This document shows positions 50,310 through 59,191 of a DNA stretch of 64,000 nucleotides, in pieces. Numbering within the stretch: position 1 is the first letter of the stretch; the number at the start of each line of letters is the position of its first letter. The notes under the pieces were generated by a model. It was given only the letters and a program-made list of their open reading frames with translations. It had not been told where the DNA came from and did no database searches. Made by a program: the position numbers and the translations under genes. This DNA is from Gemmatimonadota bacterium (lineage in GTDB: Bacteria > Gemmatimonadota > Gemmatimonadetes > Longimicrobiales > RSA9): positions 4,422-68,421 of the forward strand of contig JARRJS010000003.1 of the NCBI GenBank assembly GCA_037388885.1, in the 5' to 3' direction.

Positions 50310-50803
50310 GGCGCATGATAAGCCCCAAGTGGCAGGCCCTGCTGGCTACGGCCACCATCTTCTTCCTGGGCGCAGTGGCGGGGATCGCCGCAGACCGCGT
50401 GTGGCTGGGCCGCTCGCCCGCGGTGGCGGAAGCGGCGACGCTGACGCCGGAGGGCATGGACGCGGCGCTGGATCTGGACGCCGCCCAGGCTGCGCGAGTG
50501 CGCGCCGTGCTGGACAGTCTGCGGACGGAGGTGGCGCAGGCTGCGCAGGCAGGCCCGGACTCCCTGCGGGACGTCGCGCGTCGGGGGCGCCAGCGCCTGC
50601 AAGACGCCTTGCCCGCGGACCGGCGGGCCTCGTTCCAGCAATGGATGCAACAGCACCACGCCCGGATGATGCAGGAGATGGGCGGCGGGATGATGCAGGG
50701 TCCCGGCATGGGTCCCGGCATGATGGGCCGGCCGGGTGGCGCCGGGCGCATGATGGGGCCCGGGCGTGCCCGCCGCGACACCGGCGGCGGGATGCGCCAC
50801 TGA
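50306..50803 (+). CDS. Periplasmic Spy/CpxP-like protein with Met/Gly-rich tail
   Basis: The protein has an N-terminal TM/signal segment (ALLATATIFFLGAVAGIAA) and a helical region. The tail reads QQWMQQHHARMMQEMGGGMMQGPGMGPGMMGRPGGAGRMMGPG. Confidence 0.6.
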   Translation: MRRMISPKWQALLATATIFFLGAVAGIAADRVWLGRSPAVAEAATLTPEGMDAALDLDAAQAARVRAVLDSLRTEVAQAAQAGPDSLRDVARRGRQRLQDALPADRRASFQQWMQQHHARMMQEMGGGMMQGPGMGPGMMGRPGGAGRMMGPGRARRDTGGGMRH

Positions 50804-50852
50804 GCCCGGCGGGACTCCCGGGCTCGGAGGAGCGCCGCCGTTTGCCGACCGG

Positions 50853-53252
50853 CTACGCCGCGTCGTTCAGCTGGAAGTCGACGCGGGTGCCGGGCGAGAT
50901 CGTACGTCGCTGGCCTTCCACGTCCACGTCGATGGGCGAAGCGGAGCCCGGTTGAGCGTGGACACTGACCTTTTCGGGCGTCACATCGACCTCCAGCCAG
51001 TTGCTGCGGTACTGGAGGTTGAAATGCAGCTTCTGAACGTCGGAGGGCAGGCACGGCTCCAAGCGTAGCACCGAACCGCGGGCCTCGAGCCCGCTGTAGC
51101 AGCGCTGGAGAAGGTCGACGGTACCCGCCATGGCGCCCAGGTGGATGCCTTCCGGCGTCGTGCCGCCCTGGATGTCCGAGATGTCGCTTTCGAGGGACCG
51201 CTTGAAGAAGCGCCAGGACCGCTCCCGGTTGGCACGGGCGAGGACCCAGGCGTGCACGACGCCGCTGAGGGTCGAGCCGTGCGAGGTGCGCTTGAGGTAG
51301 TAGTCGATGTTGCGCGGTATGGTGTCCCTGTCGAAGGGGTAGCGCAGGCGGTGCAGGATGTCGCCGATCTGCTCGGCGGACAACAGGTAGAACAGCATGA
51401 GGACATCGGCCTGCTTGGACGCCTTGTAGCGGTTGATGTCGTCGTCCTCGGCCTCGAGGATGCGGTCCAGGCGCTGGATGTTGCCGTATTTCTCCCGGTA
51501 GGCGTCCCAGTCGAGCTCCTCCAGCTTCTCGTATCCCTCGAACTGGCTGATGATGCCGTCGCCGTGGAGGGGCACGAACATCTTGCGGCTGATGTCCTCC
51601 CAGTGCTCCAGCTCGAGGCGCCGGATCTCCAGCTTTTCCCAGAGCAGCTCCCGCCTGCGCCCGGGCAGCAGGTCGGTGAGCTCCAGGGCCCGCATCAGCG
51701 TCCAGACCGCCATGATGTTCGTGTAGGCGTTGTTGTTCAGCCCGGGCTCGTCGGCGTCCGGGTAGCGCGTGTGGAACTCGTCGGGCCCGATGATGCGCCG
51801 GATCTGGTAGCGGTCGAGCGCCCGGTCGTACTCGGCTTTGCTGGCCCAGAAGCGGGCGATCTCGAGGATCATCTCGGCGCCGTAGAAAGCCATGAACTCG
51901 AGGTCGTTGGTCACCTGGTAGTGTTTCCAGATGCTGTACGGGATGGCGACGTTGATATGGCGCTGGAGCTGCGTTTCGTCGCGCACCCAGCGTCCGGAGC
52001 GCGGGTTCAGGTGCCAGGTCTGGCTTTCCTCCTGTCCGTTGCTGCCGCTCTGCCACGGGTACATGGCGCCCTGGTAGCCGGCTTCGCGCGCGGCGCGCCG
52101 GGCGGCCCCGAGCCTGCGGTATCTGTACTTGAGCAGGGAACGGGTGAGCTCCGGGAAGTGGTAGTCGAGCACCGGGAACACGAACAGCTCGTCCCAGAAG
52201 ACGTGGCCGCGGTATGCTTCACCGTGTATGCCCCGCGCGGGAATGCCGACGTCGTGGTCCGCCGTGTTTTCAGACACTGTCTGCAACGTGTGGCACAGGT
52301 AGAGATTGACAGCAAGGTCGGTGTTCTCCTGCTCTCCGACCCGGATCTCCGCATGCCGCCAGTTCTGGCTCCACGCCAGCACGTGGCGGCGCAGCAGGTC
52401 GCTGAACCGGGGCGACTCCTGCAAGTGCTCCCTGGCCGCGCGGCTGCACTCGGAGATGGCACGGTCCATGGACGTGAACAGCGTGACGACCTTCTCGACG
52501 GTCAGCTCTTCGCCTTCATCGAGGGCGACCGTGAAGCGGTGGGCCACGTAGTCGGCCTCTTGCACCAGCTCGCGGTCCACCTCGACGGCCTCGCCGCCGC
52601 GATAGACCCGGTTGCGCGCGGCCTCCGCTATACGAACGTGGGACTGCAGGGTGCGAACGAGCAGGAAGACGGAGTTGTCGTCGACCGTTCCGGTCTCCAG
52701 GCAGTCGAGGTGGCGGGTCTCGAGCTGGCGATAGCGCTCTACGCCTTCGTTCCTGACGCCGCCGTCCAGACCCGACCGGACTTCCAGCGTTCCCGACCAG
52801 TCCTCGGCCTTGAACGTGGTCTCGAGAGCCGCGACGTGGGAATCGGCCATGCTGACGAACCGTCGCTGCGTGACGGAGGTGGTGCGGTCCCCTGCCCGGA
52901 AACGGATGTGTCGCGAAAGGATGCCCTCCCGGATGTCGAACCGCTGCTCGTACTCCAGCAGGTCGGCATCATCGACGCTGAACCAGTCACCATCCTCGAC
53001 CCGGAACGCGAAATCGAGCCAGTTGGGCAGGTTGACAAGGCTTTCGTTGGCCACCGTCTTGTCCTCGATAGTGGTCTCTTGTCGATCGTACAGCCCGATC
53101 CGGTAGGTGCCGGGGTAGTGCGTGTCGCCAGCCCGGGCTTCGGGCGCGGCACCGCGGGTGGCGAAGACGCCGTTGCCCACCGTGCACAGCGCTTCGCGCA
53201 GGCTCTCTTCTTCGGGGTCGTACCCTTTGTATACCAGCAACCATTCGGTCAT
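50853..53252 (-). CDS. GH65 glycoside phosphorylase-family enzyme (trehalose/maltose/kojibiose phosphorylase type)
   Basis: The N-terminus is LREALCTVGNGVFATRGA. The catalytic-acid region is GIHGEAYRGHVFWDELF. The KQADVLMLFYLL motif is present. The ATG overlaps the upstream stop (ATGA). Confidence 0.88.
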   Translation of the reverse strand: MTEWLLVYKGYDPEEESLREALCTVGNGVFATRGAAPEARAGDTHYPGTYRIGLYDRQETTIEDKTVANESLVNLPNWLDFAFRVEDGDWFSVDDADLLEYEQRFDIREGILSRHIRFRAGDRTTSVTQRRFVSMADSHVAALETTFKAEDWSGTLEVRSGLDGGVRNEGVERYRQLETRHLDCLETGTVDDNSVFLLVRTLQSHVRIAEAARNRVYRGGEAVEVDRELVQEADYVAHRFTVALDEGEELTVEKVVTLFTSMDRAISECSRAAREHLQESPRFSDLLRRHVLAWSQNWRHAEIRVGEQENTDLAVNLYLCHTLQTVSENTADHDVGIPARGIHGEAYRGHVFWDELFVFPVLDYHFPELTRSLLKYRYRRLGAARRAAREAGYQGAMYPWQSGSNGQEESQTWHLNPRSGRWVRDETQLQRHINVAIPYSIWKHYQVTNDLEFMAFYGAEMILEIARFWASKAEYDRALDRYQIRRIIGPDEFHTRYPDADEPGLNNNAYTNIMAVWTLMRALELTDLLPGRRRELLWEKLEIRRLELEHWEDISRKMFVPLHGDGIISQFEGYEKLEELDWDAYREKYGNIQRLDRILEAEDDDINRYKASKQADVLMLFYLLSAEQIGDILHRLRYPFDRDTIPRNIDYYLKRTSHGSTLSGVVHAWVLARANRERSWRFFKRSLESDISDIQGGTTPEGIHLGAMAGTVDLLQRCYSGLEARGSVLRLEPCLPSDVQKLHFNLQYRSNWLEVDVTPEKVSVHAQPGSASPIDVDVEGQRRTISPGTRVDFQLNDAA

Positions 53253-54847
53253 GGTGTTCCCTTCCTGTCGGCGAGATCCGCGAGGCGTTCGATGACCCGG
53301 CGGACCTGTTCGGGATCGGTGAGGGCGTAACGTGCCGCGGTGCGCCGGTCATCGTCCTCGCCCCGCACGACGACCGGCAGGCCGGATGGGGGGAGCGCCC
53401 GGAACGCGTCCTCGTCTGTCACGTCGTCACCGATGTAGATGGCGCGCACAGGCCCACCGTCCGCGATGAGGTCCAGGATCCATCGGAGCGCGGACCCCTT
53501 GTCCCAGTCCAGGTCCGGCCGCAGCTCGACGATCTTCTTGCCGCCCGAACGGCGCAGCCGGTCCTCGCCGTCCGCCACCTCGATTGCGATGTTCTGGATC
53601 CGCTCCACCTGGTCATCGGGCGCGTTGCGGTAGTGGACGGCGATGGCGAACCGCTTTCGCTCGATGGCGGCGCCTTCCACGTCCTGGAGGCGGCTGCGCA
53701 GCTGCTGCTCGGCGCGGTCCAGGGCCGGCAACCAGTCGACGGCGCGCTCGTGGTCGGTGCCGTCCGGCTGCCGGATGTGGAGGCCGTGGCTACCTGCGTA
53801 GTAGATGCCGTCCACGCGCACGAACTCGCGCAACGCATCGAGGTCGCGGCCGCTGATGATGGAGACGGGAAACAGGTCGCGGGCCCGTTCCAGGGCATGG
53901 CGCGTGGCTTCGGGAAGCCGTGCCGCATCGGGGTCCGACACGATAGGCGTGAGCGTGCCGTCGTAATCCAGGAAGAGGGCCGGTCGGCCCGCGGCCACCA
54001 GGTCCTGCAGGACATCCTCATGGTCGAGCAGGAACGGGACGTCGCCGATGCGCCGCCATGATTCGTCATCGCCCGGCAGGGGCAGCTCGGACAGGTCCTT
54101 CACGACGACGTCGGCGCCTGCCTGCCGCAGACGGTCCGCACCCTCGTCGGCGATGCCGATCACGAGGCCGAATCCGCCGCGACGGCCGGCTTCCACGCCG
54201 GCCTCCGCGTCCTCCACGATGGCGGCGGATCCTGGATCCACGTCCAGACGACGGGCGGCTTCCAGGAAGTACGCCGGGTCCGGCTTGCCGGGCAGATCCA
54301 GCTCCTGGCCGTCCATGCCGTCGACCCGAGCCTGGAACAGGTCCTGGATGCCCGCGGCGTCGAGCACGCGACGTCCGTTTCGGCTGGAGGTCACCACGGC
54401 CAGGGCCAGACCGCGACGCTTCGCCGCTCGGACCCAGGCGATGGAAGGCTCGATGCGGTCGACGCCCTCCTTTTCCAGAAGCTCGTGGAAGTAGCGGTTC
54501 TTCCGGTTGCCCAGCCCGCAAACAGTGTCGCGGTCTGGTGGGTCGTCCGGATCGCCGTGTGGCAGCTCGATGTCCCGCGATTCGAGGAAGCTCTGTGCGC
54601 CGTCGTAGCGCGGCTTGCCGTCGACGTACTGCCGATAGTCGTCCTTTGTGAACGGCTGGAACTCATCGCCGAGACGATCGCGCAGGAACGCGTCGAACAT
54701 GTGCTTCCAGGCACGAAGATGTGTGGCAGCCGTGTCGGTGAGGACGCCGTCGAGGTCGCAGATGCATGCCTGGATCCGGGAGAGATCGACCGTAGTGGAC
54801 CGAGCGGTCGCGATCGGGTCAGGGGCTGCGTCGGCGTCCTCGTTCAT
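53249..54847 (-). CDS. Two-domain HAD protein: beta-phosphoglucomutase-like + trehalose-phosphate phosphatase-like
   Basis: ATG at 54847 has GGAGACGGAG upstream. Domain 1 carries CDLDGVLTDT...VVTSS...EDAEAGVEAG. Domain 2 carries FLDYDGTLTP...GDDVTDEDAF (OtsB-type motifs). Confidence 0.85.
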   Translation of the reverse strand: MNEDADAAPDPIATARSTTVDLSRIQACICDLDGVLTDTAATHLRAWKHMFDAFLRDRLGDEFQPFTKDDYRQYVDGKPRYDGAQSFLESRDIELPHGDPDDPPDRDTVCGLGNRKNRYFHELLEKEGVDRIEPSIAWVRAAKRRGLALAVVTSSRNGRRVLDAAGIQDLFQARVDGMDGQELDLPGKPDPAYFLEAARRLDVDPGSAAIVEDAEAGVEAGRRGGFGLVIGIADEGADRLRQAGADVVVKDLSELPLPGDDESWRRIGDVPFLLDHEDVLQDLVAAGRPALFLDYDGTLTPIVSDPDAARLPEATRHALERARDLFPVSIISGRDLDALREFVRVDGIYYAGSHGLHIRQPDGTDHERAVDWLPALDRAEQQLRSRLQDVEGAAIERKRFAIAVHYRNAPDDQVERIQNIAIEVADGEDRLRRSGGKKIVELRPDLDWDKGSALRWILDLIADGGPVRAIYIGDDVTDEDAFRALPPSGLPVVVRGEDDDRRTAARYALTDPEQVRRVIERLADLADRKGTP

Positions 54848-55203
54848 GGCTCCGTCTCCATTGGCTTTGTCGGGCAATCGGATGGCCGATCGCCGTGCTG
54901 TATGTCGCAGCAAGGTTCGGTCCGGCGGGACGCCGGGCGTGTCCTGCAAACGTTTACGAACGGTGGCTGCACGCGGCGAGGTCGATGCCGGCATGGGCGC
55001 GAGGCGTCGGCCGACACTGTCGGAGAAATGCGGATCGACGTATGTTGTTTGCAGCACTTATCAACGCGATCCGGATGGCGCCGACGCCCGGTTCGTCTCT
55101 CCACAAGACTTCCCACAGACCCAAGTCAAGTAGTGAACGCAGGCACGGAGCGCGCGCGTCAAGCGCGCGGCGGGGTTGACCACCGTGTGAACGAGGCAGG
55201 ACG

Positions 55204-57267
55204 ATGCCCGACTCGAACGTGCTACCCAAGGGGCAGGTACCGGATGGTGCTCTGGGCGCGATTCTGGAGAGCATCACCGATGGCCTGATCGTGGTGGACC
55301 GGTCGTGGCGTTACCGGTATATCAACCGGTCGGCGGAGCGTCTACTCGCCAGGAACCGCGACGAGCTGCTGGGCCGCACCATCTGGGAAGCCTTTCCTCC
55401 TCTGTCAAACAGCGATGTCGAGCGGGAGTACCGGCGCGCGCTGAAGGAAGGCGTCAGCGTGCACTTCGAGTACTACTATGATCCGCTGGAGTCGTGGTTC
55501 GACATCCGCGCCTATCCCTCCGCGCAAGGCCTGACCATCTATCTTCAAGTCATCAATGAGCGCAAGGCGGCGGTGCAGACACTACAGACGCGGGCCCGGC
55601 AGCAGGCCGCAGTTGCGAGAATGGGCCTGGAGGTTCTGGGCAGTGGCCACGTCGACCGCCTGCTGGACGATGTGGTGCGCGTCGTGGCGGAGACGCTGGA
55701 CGTGGAGTATGCCAAGGTGTTGAAGCTGCTTCCTGATCGGAACGAGCTGCTGTTGCAGGCGGGTGTGGGGTGGAAGCCCGGCAGCGTGGGCAGAGTGGTG
55801 ATCCCGGGCGGCGAGAACTCCCAGGCCGGCTTCACCCTCCGGCAGCGGGAGCCGGTGGTGGTGTCCGACCTGCAAGCGGAGACGCGATTTCGTGGACCGG
55901 CGTTGCTCCTGGACCACGGTGTGGTGTCGGGGATGAGCGTCGTCATCGAGGGGCGGGACCGACCGTTCGGCATTCTGGCCGCACATACGAGGCAGCGGCG
56001 CACGTTCAGCGACGACGACGCCAATTTCCTGCAGGCGATGGCCAATCTGCTGGCCGAGGTGGTGGAGCGGCAGGCAATGGAGGCGGCCCTCCGGTCGAGC
56101 GAAGAGCAGTTCCGCGAGCTGGCCGAGAACATCCGGGAAGTGCTCTGGATGATGACTCCCGGGGGTGAGCTGCAGTACGTGAACCCGGCATATGAAACCG
56201 TGTGGGGGCGCCCCGTAGAGGGCCTGTATGAGGATGCCATAAGCTGGCAAACGGCGGTCCATCCGGACGATCGTGCACGGGTGGAGGCGGCGTACCCGGG
56301 TCTCTCGCGCGGCGACTTCGACGTGGAGTTCCGGATCGTGCGGCCGGACGGGAGCGAACGGTGGATTCACGACCGTGCGTTCCCGGTCCGGGATGGGAAT
56401 GGACGGATCGTTCGGGTGGTGGGCATCGCGGAAGACATCACCGAGCGACGGCTGGCGACGGAGAACGCTCTGCGCCTGGCGGAGGAGCGGACGGCCCTTG
56501 CTGCGGCACAGGCGGCCGTGCGCGCCCGTGACGAGACCTTGGCGGTGGTGTCCCATGATCTGCGGGCGCCGCTGCAGGCGATTCTGGGTGCCGTTGCGGT
56601 CCTGCAGGAAAAGGAGCTGTCGCCGGCCAGTCGAGACCATCACCTGAGCGTCATCGAGCGGGCGGTGGAGGGCGCCCGACGCCTGTTGGGAGACCTGCTG
56701 CAGGTGTCGAGCATCGAAGCGGGGCACGTCAAGTTGGAGCGTAACCACGTGGACGTGAATCGCATCCTGCAGGACGTGCACGAGATGTTCCTCGATGTGG
56801 CCCGGCAGCGCGAGGTCCGCTTGAGATACGAACGCTGCCGCGGCGTCACGGCGTTCGCCGACGAGCGCCGCCTGTCCCAGGTGCTGACCAACCTGGTCGA
56901 CAACGCGCTGAAGCACACGCCTGCCCGCGGGTCCGTGGCCCTGAAATGCACCGTTCGGGGCGACATGGTGGAGGTTTCGGTCACAGACTCGGGGCCGGGA
57001 ATCCCCGCGGACGTACTGCCGCACGTGTTTGAGTGGTACTGGCGGGCGTCTCACGAGCAGGCTGCGGGCGCGGGCATCGGATTGGCGGTGTCGAGGGGCA
57101 TTGTGGAGGCCCACGGCGGACGGATCTGGGCCGAAACCGAGCCGGGGGCCGGGACGACGATTCGATTGACCCTTCCCATCGTTGCCGAAGGCACCCGGCA
57201 TGCAGATCTGGACGCGCCGCTGCCCAGGCAGGTCGCCGGCAACGTGGTCGAAGGCTCGCCCCCCTGA
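55204..57267 (+). CDS. Cytoplasmic sensor histidine kinase (PAS-GAF-PAS-HisKA-HATPase)
   Basis: The PAS region reads ITDGLIVVDRSWRYRYIN. A GAF region and a second PAS are followed by the H-box VVSHDLRAPLQAI and the G-boxes DSGPGIP and GIGLAVSRGIVEAHGGRIW. Confidence 0.88.
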   Translation: MPDSNVLPKGQVPDGALGAILESITDGLIVVDRSWRYRYINRSAERLLARNRDELLGRTIWEAFPPLSNSDVEREYRRALKEGVSVHFEYYYDPLESWFDIRAYPSAQGLTIYLQVINERKAAVQTLQTRARQQAAVARMGLEVLGSGHVDRLLDDVVRVVAETLDVEYAKVLKLLPDRNELLLQAGVGWKPGSVGRVVIPGGENSQAGFTLRQREPVVVSDLQAETRFRGPALLLDHGVVSGMSVVIEGRDRPFGILAAHTRQRRTFSDDDANFLQAMANLLAEVVERQAMEAALRSSEEQFRELAENIREVLWMMTPGGELQYVNPAYETVWGRPVEGLYEDAISWQTAVHPDDRARVEAAYPGLSRGDFDVEFRIVRPDGSERWIHDRAFPVRDGNGRIVRVVGIAEDITERRLATENALRLAEERTALAAAQAAVRARDETLAVVSHDLRAPLQAILGAVAVLQEKELSPASRDHHLSVIERAVEGARRLLGDLLQVSSIEAGHVKLERNHVDVNRILQDVHEMFLDVARQREVRLRYERCRGVTAFADERRLSQVLTNLVDNALKHTPARGSVALKCTVRGDMVEVSVTDSGPGIPADVLPHVFEWYWRASHEQAAGAGIGLAVSRGIVEAHGGRIWAETEPGAGTTIRLTLPIVAEGTRHADLDAPLPRQVAGNVVEGSPP

Positions 57268-57287
57268 GCGCAGCTTGCTGCGGTCGT

Positions 57288-57833
57288 TCAGTCCTTCGCG
57301 GCGTCGAGCCGGCACCCCCCGGGTGTGTCCTCACCCGGCGCGTGGCCCAGCAACTGTTTGAGGGCTGCGCACGCCCGGTCCCGGTCGATGGAGAGCCATA
57401 CGACGCGGGGGCCGACGACGTAGAGGAAGTGAAGCTGGCCTTGACCGCTTAGCATGCCTACGTCGCGACCGGCGACGGTGATCCTGTGCAGATCCTGGAA
57501 GGGTGTCGGCTGGCTTGCGACCCGCCGCTCCATGTCCTGGAGCAGCTGCTGCGCACCGGCATGGTTCGAAGCGATGCCCACATAGAGCATGCCGGACGCG
57601 TGCTCGTCCCCGTAGCCCGCAACCCAGGCACCCACGATCTCGACGTGGCCGGCGCCGTGCAATTGGCGGATGGCGGCGAGTGCGCGGGGGCCCGTGAACT
57701 CGTGGTGGAGGGGCAGTCCGCCGAGGGCGGCGGGCGCCGATCGCATGGAGCGGGCGCCGGAACACGCAGTGAAGCCCGCGACGACCAGGATCGTCAGCGC
57801 ACGTGCGGTCGGGGTACGAGACGCGCTGAGCAT
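57288..57833 (-). CDS. Hypothetical lipoprotein
   Basis: A signal peptide with lipobox (LTILVVAGFTAC) is present. I recognised no domain. Confidence 0.5.
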   Translation of the reverse strand: MLSASRTPTARALTILVVAGFTACSGARSMRSAPAALGGLPLHHEFTGPRALAAIRQLHGAGHVEIVGAWVAGYGDEHASGMLYVGIASNHAGAQQLLQDMERRVASQPTPFQDLHRITVAGRDVGMLSGQGQLHFLYVVGPRVVWLSIDRDRACAALKQLLGHAPGEDTPGGCRLDAAKD

Positions 57834-57848
57834 GGGCGTGTATGACGA

Positions 57849-59144
57849 TCAGACGTGGCTGGCGACGTGCCTCTCCATGGCCTCGTCGATCTCGGCCTGG
57901 TGACGCTCGAAGTCGGCGTTGGCCAGCAGGCTGTAGTGAGTGTCGAGGGGTACATGCTTCACCAGCTCGCCATCCAGCTCCGGCAGCTTGCCCCGGTCCA
58001 TCTCGCGGCGCTCGGCGTCGTCGGGGTCATGGAACAGGTCGCCGAAGCCGGCTCGGTCGAAGCGCCGGAACAGGCCGTCGCCGTCAGCGCCATCCAGGAA
58101 TGCGTTGTCCTGGCGCAGTTCGCGCAGGAACTCGACGAGCTCGGGCTCCACGCGCCACAGTCGGGCGATGCGCTCATCGCCCAGCCTCTTCGCCGCATCG
58201 GCATCGATGCCCAGCCGGTCCGCGTAGGACGTCTCCAACTGGCTCGTGATCTGATCGGGCGAGACCTCGTCCTGGTCCAGGAAGCCCGACAGCACGTTGC
58301 ACGGCGCGGTGAAGACATCGCAGCCCGCGACGCGCACGAGCGTCCGCCAGTCGTGCACGCTTGCGACGATGAGCTGGGTCTTCACCCCGTCGTCGCGACG
58401 CAGCTCCGTCAGGGCGCGCTGGGCCTCCAGGTCTACGTGTTCGCCCAGGAGATCCGCGCCAAGCCCCTGGTTCAGGCGGCCCATGAAGATGTTGGTGCGG
58501 GTGACGTCGGAGACGAGGGCCGCGGCCACCGCCTGGCGCGCGGAGAAGGTGGAGGTGAAGTTGACCGGGATGCCCTCTCGCTCCAGATCGCGCGCAACCA
58601 GGAAGGCGTCGGGCGCGTCGGGCCGGAACGGCACCTTGACGAAGGCCTGCGGCACCATGCGGCGCATGGCGCGCCCCACGTCACGGGCCGTGTCCGGTTG
58701 GTGGCCCAGGGCCATGTGGAGCTGGAGGCTCACCTCCCAGGCGCGACCGGCGGCGAAGGCCGACACGATCTGGCCGCCCACGTGGCCGCAGACCACGGCG
58801 TACAGCCATGGCGCAAGCTCTTCGAAGGACCGGTCGCCGCCGGCCTCGTGCAGCGCGTCCAGCCACTGCTGGGGCTCGCTCTGTTCCAGGACACGATCCA
58901 CCACCTTGTGGACCAGCGGCTGGTTCGCCGTGTTGCCGTCCACTTCGGCCCGGATGGAGTCGTCGTCAGTGCCGATGGTCCGGCTGAGCTCCTGGACGTC
59001 CGCGGTGTCCGCGTAGATGTGACGAGTGCCGGCGCGGACCAGGGCCTGGAAGAGCGGCGTCTCCGCCCGCGCAGGCTGGGCGGGCTCGACCGCGATGCGA
59101 CCCCAGCGCGTGGCGGCCTCCATGAGATCGCGTTGCTGGGTCAT
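57849..59144 (-). CDS. Transaldolase-family protein with long C-terminal extension
   Basis: ATG at 59144 has AAAGGA upstream. The motifs are YADTADVQEL, FVKVPF (Schiff-base Lys position), GIPVNFTSTFSARQA and TNIFMGRL. The C-terminal roughly 170 aa are acidic and I do not recognise them. Confidence 0.65.
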   Translation of the reverse strand: MTQQRDLMEAATRWGRIAVEPAQPARAETPLFQALVRAGTRHIYADTADVQELSRTIGTDDDSIRAEVDGNTANQPLVHKVVDRVLEQSEPQQWLDALHEAGGDRSFEELAPWLYAVVCGHVGGQIVSAFAAGRAWEVSLQLHMALGHQPDTARDVGRAMRRMVPQAFVKVPFRPDAPDAFLVARDLEREGIPVNFTSTFSARQAVAAALVSDVTRTNIFMGRLNQGLGADLLGEHVDLEAQRALTELRRDDGVKTQLIVASVHDWRTLVRVAGCDVFTAPCNVLSGFLDQDEVSPDQITSQLETSYADRLGIDADAAKRLGDERIARLWRVEPELVEFLRELRQDNAFLDGADGDGLFRRFDRAGFGDLFHDPDDAERREMDRGKLPELDGELVKHVPLDTHYSLLANADFERHQAEIDEAMERHVASHV

Positions 59145-59191
59145 GTTGTGATCCTTTCTTCTGAATGCGGGGGTACAAAAGGGCAAGAGCC

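Noticed and set aside
50263-53330. ORFs 50263..52056 (minus strand, alternative frame) and 51141..53330 (plus strand)
   Set aside because: They overlap the GH65 gene out of frame or antisense. GH65 motifs are found only in the 50853..53252 frame.
55582-57315. 577-aa minus-strand ORF
   Set aside because: It is antisense to the PAS-GAF-PAS histidine kinase and has shadow composition.
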